IMG/VR virus record: IMGVR_UViG_3300033148_003376
Location: 39,594-103,593 of that record
DNA length: 64,000 nt
Reading direction: 5' to 3' (one strand)
Source of the DNA: a virus
Shown here: piece by piece, positions 58,989 to 64,000 of the stretch
How positions within the stretch are numbered: position 1 is the first letter of the stretch
Layout: every line of letters begins with the position of its first letter
The notes under the pieces: generated by a model
Told to the model about the DNA's origin: nothing
The model's database searches: none
What the model saw: the letters and a program-made list of their open reading frames with translations, nothing else
Translations under genes and position numbers: made by a program

Positions 58989-59239
58989 CTCAGATGAAAC
59001 TCTACGTTATTGACTGTGAAGGTGAATCCGTCAGTGGTGTACTTCAAACCCTTGATGTACTTCGTCTCGATAACAATCCTCGTACACGACTGAATGAGAA
59101 TGATTTTCTCGTCAGAAACATCGTCGATCTTATAGAGACCCGACACGGCAAGTCCGTGTGTCAACATGGTGACTTTGAGTCTATCAGGAATGGATGTCCT
59201 GAGATAATCTTGAAGTGTCAAAAGATGTATCCTCTTCAA
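58985..59239 (-). CDS. hypothetical protein, paralogue of 58740..58988
   Basis: Same shared pattern; TTGA/ATGA coupling. Confidence 0.7.
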   Translation of the reverse strand: MKRIHLLTLQDYLRTSIPDRLKVTMLTHGLAVSGLYKIDDVSDEKIILIQSCTRIVIETKYIKGLKYTTDGFTFTVNNVEFHLR

Positions 59240-59562
59240 CCTTGTGCGAGTTCCTTCGGTAGGATCGGAAGCTTTCGAATATGTTTCTCGATCGCAGCCT
59301 TGGTACTGCTCACGGTACCACCGGCTCTGAACGACGTCGCGATGAGGTATCCCTTCGGTAGCTTGTCGTCGTCATGGAAGACATCGACGACTCCGTATAC
59401 GTCCTTCTCCGGGTCGTTCGGTATGTAGACAAGACTCGCCTTTCCGCCTTTGACGCTCAGAAGATGATGAGCTTGTTTCGCAAGCGTCGTCGCAGTCTCC
59501 TCGACCCACTTCATTACCTTGCTCTCATTGATAACTTTGAGAAAATCTCTTGCCAGCGTCAT
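59236..59562 (-). CDS. leader-tagged protein
   Basis: MTLARDFLKVINES. Confidence 0.8.
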   Translation of the reverse strand: MTLARDFLKVINESKVMKWVEETATTLAKQAHHLLSVKGGKASLVYIPNDPEKDVYGVVDVFHDDDKLPKGYLIATSFRAGGTVSSTKAAIEKHIRKLPILPKELAQG

Positions 59563-59566
59563 AATC

Positions 59567-59953
59567 TCACTCCCATGGTTCTTTGGACATTTTACCTTCT
59601 ATCGCTTTGATGAGTGCATCTCTTGTGTACGGTTTGTAAATAATGTAATCAAATAGTTTCTTGTTTTCAACAATGCCACCAGTCGACGCGACAATCCTTG
59701 GACATTTATTCAGTGTCTTTCTGAGCCAACGAGTGAAATCCTCGCCGTTTCCACCGTCTCCGTTCATCTTTATGTCACAAAGAATGACATTGATGTCTAT
59801 CGTCTTAATGATCTCCGCTGCAGACTTGAGCGTGGTAGCAGTAAGGATATAGTAAGACTGATCAGAGAGAAATCGTTTGATGACGTCGAAGACCCATGGT
59901 TCGTCTTCAATGATGAGGATCGTTTTCGTTTTCAGTCTCCTCTTGACAAACAA
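59567..59953 (-). CDS. single-domain response regulator (CheY-like receiver)
   Basis: ILIIEDE, VILCDIKM (phosphoacceptor Asp), NG.D, IVASTG, YKP; start codon uncertain. Confidence 0.85.
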   Translation of the reverse strand: MFVKRRLKTKTILIIEDEPWVFDVIKRFLSDQSYYILTATTLKSAAEIIKTIDINVILCDIKMNGDGGNGEDFTRWLRKTLNKCPRIVASTGGIVENKKLFDYIIYKPYTRDALIKAIEGKMSKEPWE

Positions 59954-59971
59954 AGTGAAATTTGTTATACT
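59943..59971 (+). promoter_or_regulatory. sigma70-type promoter for 59989..60237
   Basis: TTGACA-17-TATACT with TG extension, then GGAGG and ATG. Confidence 0.85.
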
Positions 59972-59988
59972 AAAGATGGAGGTTAATT

Positions 59989-60237
59989 ATGACAAAAAAA
60001 CATCCATACGGATATGACCACACAACAGGCGAAGGTCAGAAACGTCTCATGTACGAATCAATTGGGTTCGACATTACCAAAAAACAAGAGACGCCATCCT
60101 ATTACGAAGATGGTGAAACAGGGTCTGATCCAATCCTCGACGACAATGGAAATCCAACAGGTAAAATCAAGATGTATCCTACCGGACGAATCGTCGACCG
60201 AACAACTCGTCTGAATGCGTATCAACCGAAGAAATAG
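59989..60237 (+). CDS. hypothetical protein; only well-supported plus-strand gene
   Basis: Consensus promoter, GGAGG RBS, fills a gap in the minus-strand gene series. Confidence 0.8.
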   Translation: MTKKHPYGYDHTTGEGQKRLMYESIGFDITKKQETPSYYEDGETGSDPILDDNGNPTGKIKMYPTGRIVDRTTRLNAYQPKK

Positions 60238-60455
60238 TCATACCATTCTTCGTCCGTCGTACGAATGAGCATTCCAATCGTCTCACCTGGAAAGTCACTC
60301 GTGTGACCACCGGCATCTCCCTTTTCAAGAGCTTTGATAGCCTTGGGAATATTCTTCTGAACTCTCTTGAGCCATTCGATCGCCGCTTTGGTCATCTTGG
60401 CTTCATCGCCTTGACCCTCGTTACATGCTTTCAAGAAATCCTTCGCTATGGTCAT
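60222..60455 (-). CDS. leader-tagged small protein
   Basis: MTIAKDFLKACNEG. Confidence 0.8.
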   Translation of the reverse strand: MTIAKDFLKACNEGQGDEAKMTKAAIEWLKRVQKNIPKAIKALEKGDAGGHTSDFPGETIGMLIRTTDEEWYDYFFG

Positions 60456-60459
60456 TTGA

Positions 60460-60801
60460 TCATTCCCTTTCATCGATACAGTTGATTCGTCCCTTGTCGA
60501 TGGCTTCCTCGGTCTCTCCCTCGTCGAGGTCTTTCATCTCGACGGTAAGGTTTCTCTTATCATGCCAGCAATCACCACAGTACACGATCTTACCGTTCGT
60601 GATGTGAAAATGGCAGACTTGTCGAGCGGTCTTCGGTCCCATAGTGACCTTGATCGATGGCTTCACTGTGGGACAGTCAAAGTCTCCGTTGAAATCCCAG
60701 TTCGGTTCCGCTGGTTTGACCTGGAACGCGTGTATCGTCTTACATCCTGGACACCAGAAGTTGTACTGTGTAGATTCACCCCAGCGTTTGACTTTTGACA
60801 T
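60460..60801 (-). CDS. DUF6527-like metal-binding protein
   Basis: FWCPGC...H....W.FNG....PT..PSI....CH..IT.G.I.YC.DC.H pattern recalled for this family. Confidence 0.65.
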   Translation of the reverse strand: MSKVKRWGESTQYNFWCPGCKTIHAFQVKPAEPNWDFNGDFDCPTVKPSIKVTMGPKTARQVCHFHITNGKIVYCGDCWHDKRNLTVEMKDLDEGETEEAIDKGRINCIDERE

Positions 60802-60804
60802 AGG

Positions 60805-61161
60805 TCACTGATCCGATGTTTGAACTTTGAAAAAGTACGACCCTTCATCTTCGATAACCTCTGACGCGTAAACAAAGAGCTTTCCGCTAGGTGCCTTTTC
60901 AAGAGTATCGAAGACTTTGATTCCGTGTTTCTTCCCTACTGAAACAAGTTCTTTCAATATCGAAGATCGTGCCTTTTTCGTTTTCGATTCGTCGTCGCCT
61001 TGTATCTCAATACCACCCTCATCTCCATCCGGGTCAAACAGATCATTCAGCTTGAATCCCTTGGCATTCTTCTTGACGACAGCCTCGACATCTTTCCAGA
61101 TCTTTCCAACCGCTTCATTGGCCTTCTCGACGGTCTCCAACACGTCCTTCACGATTCCCAT
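60805..61161 (-). CDS. leader-tagged protein
   Basis: GAGGAG RBS; MGIVKDVLETVEKANEA. Confidence 0.8.
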   Translation of the reverse strand: MGIVKDVLETVEKANEAVGKIWKDVEAVVKKNAKGFKLNDLFDPDGDEGGIEIQGDDESKTKKARSSILKELVSVGKKHGIKVFDTLEKAPSGKLFVYASEVIEDEGSYFFKVQTSDQ

Positions 61162-61209
61162 GACAACTCTCCTCATGAATTTGATTCAACCATTTCATAA
61201 ACCGTTGCT

Positions 61210-61401
61210 TCATACTCCTTTTACGAACTCAACCCAATGTCTCGTCGACGCGGCTTTCATTCCCATCTTCACCTGACGCAGTTGAATGAAATTGACGATC
61301 TCGTCGACGGACTTCCCTTGTGCCTTGAGCCGTTGGATCATGTCTTCAACCGACTCTACTGACGCCTCGATCATGTCAAGAAATTTCTTCGCGATTCCCA
61401 T
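61210..61401 (-). CDS. leader-tagged small protein
   Basis: MGIAKKFLDMIEASVES. Confidence 0.8.
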   Translation of the reverse strand: MGIAKKFLDMIEASVESVEDMIQRLKAQGKSVDEIVNFIQLRQVKMGMKAASTRHWVEFVKGV

Positions 61402-61405
61402 GACT

Positions 61406-61759
61406 CTACTCCTTCGTTAGTTCGTAGTAATCTTCAACTATTTTCAACCCCTTCCCACCAGGAAAAGGATCGTGTACAAGCTCACCGTCTTTCACGACGA
61501 CTGCATGAGAGACACCTTCATGTCTTGGAGATGGTCCACTCGCGATAGCATACCCAGGTGGTGGATCTTCCTCTGAGTATATATCCCAGTCCTTTGACCA
61601 GATAAAATCGACCAGTGCGATATGATAGTCTTCCTCGTCATGGAAATGCGGGACATCATTAATGTCTATCTCCATGATCGAAGCAATACACGCGGAGAGA
61701 CAGTTTCCCCTGGTACCGGCTTTCTTGTCATGGAAGATGGTTTGAAAAACTGGGATCAT
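61406..61759 (-). CDS. papain-like (C39-type) cysteine peptidase-like protein
   Basis: Q...GNCLSACIAS (Cys), HAVVV (His), VHDP (Asp). Confidence 0.6.
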   Translation of the reverse strand: MIPVFQTIFHDKKAGTRGNCLSACIASIMEIDINDVPHFHDEEDYHIALVDFIWSKDWDIYSEEDPPPGYAIASGPSPRHEGVSHAVVVKDGELVHDPFPGGKGLKIVEDYYELTKE

Positions 61760-61761
61760 GA

Positions 61762-62091
61762 TCAACCAATGATTGTCCACTCGACTTGCATCGTTGCATC
61801 TTGTCCCATCATCGTGTTGACGTCAATCCTGACTTCATGGCTCGTGCCGTCATCGAACTCGACCATAGGTGTATACCGAACGGCAAAATCTCGCGAAGGT
61901 TTATTGAGTCCAAGACCACTCATCATCTTGATCGGATTCGGCCAATCGATAGATTTGACGTCCTTTTTGAAGACCTTCTCGATCTTGGTCTTGAGGTCAA
62001 CCTTGGTAATCTTACCACCGGCTTGTGCTTCATTGACTTGGTTCGCTTCGTTGATCTTGTCGAGTAATTGCGCTGCAGGACTCTTGCTCAT
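61762..62091 (-). CDS. leader-tagged protein
   Basis: AAGGAG RBS; MSKSPAAQLLDKINEANQVNEA. Confidence 0.8.
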   Translation of the reverse strand: MSKSPAAQLLDKINEANQVNEAQAGGKITKVDLKTKIEKVFKKDVKSIDWPNPIKMMSGLGLNKPSRDFAVRYTPMVEFDDGTSHEVRIDVNTMMGQDATMQVEWTIIG

Positions 62092-62102
62092 GACTCTTCT
62101 CC

Positions 62103-62156
62103 TTGACATGTGGAAATATTCGTGATAATTTCCGTGGAATTTTATTCCACGGAAAA
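62103..62156 (+). promoter_or_regulatory. antisense sigma70-type promoter plus palindrome, copy 4
   Basis: TTGACA-17-TAATTT with TG extension; perfect tttccgtggaat-ttt-attccacggaaa at 62129-62155. Confidence 0.75.
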
Positions 62157-62164
62157 GTTACTTC

Positions 62165-62536
62165 TTACTTCTTGATCCCCTGGTCCTTCAAGATATCGTC
62201 GAGTAGGTTCCGAAACTTCACGTCGTCGAGGGTTCCACCCGCTTTGGTGTACGCATCGTAAATATCAGAGCCCCTCGAATTCTTCTCGTCGTTGTAGCTC
62301 TTCACCAGGAGATTGATGTCTTTCAACTCTTTCTTCCCAAGCGGAGTTCGATCCGTCTGTCGTCGATACGACGAAAGGACACCGACTTCCGCGACTCCTC
62401 CGATGTCGTCGAGAGACTTGTACGGTTTCAGGTCGGGAAGCTTCTTCGGTCCACGGAGCTTGTCGAACTCTCCCCAGAGAAACATATCCCTCGACGCTTC
62501 TTCGATGGACTTGAGAAGATCTTTAACGATACCCAT
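62165..62536 (-). CDS. leader-tagged protein
   Basis: AAAGGA RBS; MGIVKDLLKSIEEA. Confidence 0.8.
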   Translation of the reverse strand: MGIVKDLLKSIEEASRDMFLWGEFDKLRGPKKLPDLKPYKSLDDIGGVAEVGVLSSYRRQTDRTPLGKKELKDINLLVKSYNDEKNSRGSDIYDAYTKAGGTLDDVKFRNLLDDILKDQGIKK

Positions 62537-62571
62537 GATAAATCCTTTCCGAGCGATCAAATATGACCACG

Positions 62572-62904
62572 CTAGCGACTTCCGAAACGAATAGCATCGG
62601 CTATTTTACATGTATTCTTTTCTCTCTGCTCCACTGTCCCAGCTTGTTGTTTTCCACTCAGGTACCAGTCATAGAGATGGCCTATCTCATGATGAATCGC
62701 TTCACCGAACTCGATCGCGTTTAGACCTTTTGTCACAAGAATCTCATTTCCCTCATTCGGGTAATGAATTCTAGCAACGACGTCATCGGTGATCTTCTCT
62801 ACAATTCTCATTCTGACCGGTATATGGATTTCAACAACATCAGTCATTGTCTTTCGATCTCCGGTATTTTCCACGACCCATACATACAAACCATGATTCT
62901 TCAC
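62572..62904 (-). CDS. small HExxH zincin-like metallopeptidase
   Basis: AIHHEIGH with a downstream Glu (QRE). Confidence 0.6.
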   Translation of the reverse strand: MKNHGLYVWVVENTGDRKTMTDVVEIHIPVRMRIVEKITDDVVARIHYPNEGNEILVTKGLNAIEFGEAIHHEIGHLYDWYLSGKQQAGTVEQREKNTCKIADAIRFGSR

Positions 62905-63284
62905 ACGGTGATATACGCGACGACTTCGTACTGGTTATCTTTTCCAGTGAGATCGTGCCAGGAGACGTTCAATCCGACATTACTCACCGACTGTGGTGAA
63001 TGTGGATCGTCGGTCTTGAATTCAAGGTTGAACAGATGGGTACCTTTTTCTTTCTCGCGAAAGATATCAGCAGAGACGACATCTGCGATCTGGATGTCAT
63101 GTTTGTCGAGTACACCGTGGATCTTGTTCACGGCGTCACCATGAGACTTGAATCGACCGTTCCCGTCGAACCCAGCTTTTCGTAGATCGTCGTTGATCTT
63201 CGAGCCGAGTTTCTTGTCTAGCTTCGCACCGATGGACTTCTTTGCTTCAGCGACTGTGTTAAGAAGGTCTTGTACGAGAGTCAT
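62901..63284 (-). CDS. leader-tagged protein
   Basis: GGAG RBS; MTLVQDLLNTVAEA. Confidence 0.8.
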   Translation of the reverse strand: MTLVQDLLNTVAEAKKSIGAKLDKKLGSKINDDLRKAGFDGNGRFKSHGDAVNKIHGVLDKHDIQIADVVSADIFREKEKGTHLFNLEFKTDDPHSPQSVSNVGLNVSWHDLTGKDNQYEVVAYITV

Positions 63285-63307
63285 GGTGATGGTCTCCATT
63301 AAAACGA

Positions 63308-63856
63308 TTAAACCGATATGATGTATTTATCCTTGAATCTCTTGTATTCATTCTTCGTCATGACCTGGTGTGCCATAACGATCCGTCGTCTATCTGGACC
63401 TTTACCCGAATAGTCCCATAGAACACCGTCAATCACAGACATGGAATGACCTGGTGTCCCTATGAGGAATTTCCCCTTTGGAAATGTCTTGATGAATTTA
63501 CTGATTGACATATTGGGTTTAAACTTGGCATAAAAAGATTTGACCAAAGTCTTCTCATTATATTTCCAAGACGTACCATCCTTGGATCGAAACGATGCCC
63601 TGAACGCAACAGAACCTGGAATGATACGTTCGATGTCAACGAGTTCGAATCCGGCGTCTCGAAGAACTTCAATATTTCCAGATGTGCCGAAGATACACTT
63701 GTCTGATGAAACGTCAAACGCTTCGAGAGAAAAATTAGTACACCGACCATGTCCTTTGAGGGAAACATACTTTACTGACTTGCCATCGAATATAGCACCG
63801 CTCGTTTGGATCTCGGCTTGTTCAATGACATTTAGAAGGTCTTGCACGAGAGTCAT
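63308..63856 (-). CDS. leader-tagged papain-like peptidase candidate
   Basis: MTLVQDLLNVIEQAE; GRCTNFSL (Cys), GHSMSVIDG (His), LWD (Asp). Confidence 0.7.
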   Translation of the reverse strand: MTLVQDLLNVIEQAEIQTSGAIFDGKSVKYVSLKGHGRCTNFSLEAFDVSSDKCIFGTSGNIEVLRDAGFELVDIERIIPGSVAFRASFRSKDGTSWKYNEKTLVKSFYAKFKPNMSISKFIKTFPKGKFLIGTPGHSMSVIDGVLWDYSGKGPDRRRIVMAHQVMTKNEYKRFKDKYIISV

Positions 63857-63862
63857 GGTTGG

Positions 63863-64000
63863 TTATTTCCTCTTGATTACTTTCAAGACCAAATACTTGA
63901 CAGGTTTCGGTGGAGAAGTAACCAGATTGATTGCACCGATGGGTTCCCAAGGAAACCTATCATCATTCAGTCCTTTCCGAAACTCATCTACCCCAGACGA
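63863..64000 (-). CDS. hypothetical protein, partial (3' end only)
   Basis: Open frame from window end to TAA at 63863 (...KPVKYLVLKVIKRK*). Confidence 0.55.
   Translation of the reverse strand, partial: SSGVDEFRKGLNDDRFPWEPIGAINLVTSPPKPVKYLVLKVIKRK

Noticed and set aside
21389-63856. Shared leader as a Sec/Tat signal peptide
   Set aside because: It is charged and amphipathic, with no hydrophobic core or twin-arginine motif
1-64000. Numerous long plus-strand ORFs in the track (e.g. 9823..10659, 18132..18959, 31432..32277, 38614..39447, 57895..58737)
   Set aside because: They are antisense shadows of well-supported minus-strand genes and show no recognisable motifs; only 59989..60237 has promoter and RBS support
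1-64000. Alternative genetic code
   Set aside because: Conserved genes are full length under the standard code, and TAA, TAG and TGA all end genes at coupled junctions
1-64000. tRNA or rRNA genes
   Set aside because: No cloverleaf or rRNA-like segments recognised by eye in the few intergenic gaps; tRNAscan not run

Overview
The window is the virion morphogenesis (late) region of a large tailed phage with T4-like (contractile-tail) head and tail genes, and almost all genes lie on the minus strand. In transcription order (right to left) it encodes: terminase large subunit (55870-57381), portal (50173-51777), prohead core proteins, a prohead protease-scaffold fusion (40184-41839), major capsid protein, neck/tail-completion proteins, tail sheath and tube, tail chaperones, tape measure, baseplate hub/spike/wedge, fibre-like proteins and three membrane/lipoprotein genes. 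The capsid gene is split by a 282-nt ORF-less group I intron (39490-39771). A SWIM zinc-finger gene carries an HNH-type intein (35289-36593). Main candidate for an undescribed system: about 31 otherwise unrelated ORFs, interspersed among the structural genes, share an ~11-16 aa N-terminal amphipathic leader (e.g. MGIAKEFLDVIKKANE, MTLVQDLLNTVAEA, MSRASDVLTKVREA). The leader usually ends in a T4 gp21-type (hydrophobic)-x-E site and resembles the extreme C-terminus of the scaffold (SRAARIMANL). This suggests a modular capsid-loading tag for a large payload that includes a J-domain protein, an AAA ATPase, a zeta-like P-loop kinase and a papain-like peptidase. A second unexplained system is four antisense sigma70-type promoters, each fused to the same ~25-33-bp palindrome and aimed into the 3' ends of tagged genes. 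Also present: a degenerate terminase-ATPase paralogue directly downstream of terL and a single-domain response regulator. All functional calls come from recalled motifs and gene order; no database search was run.
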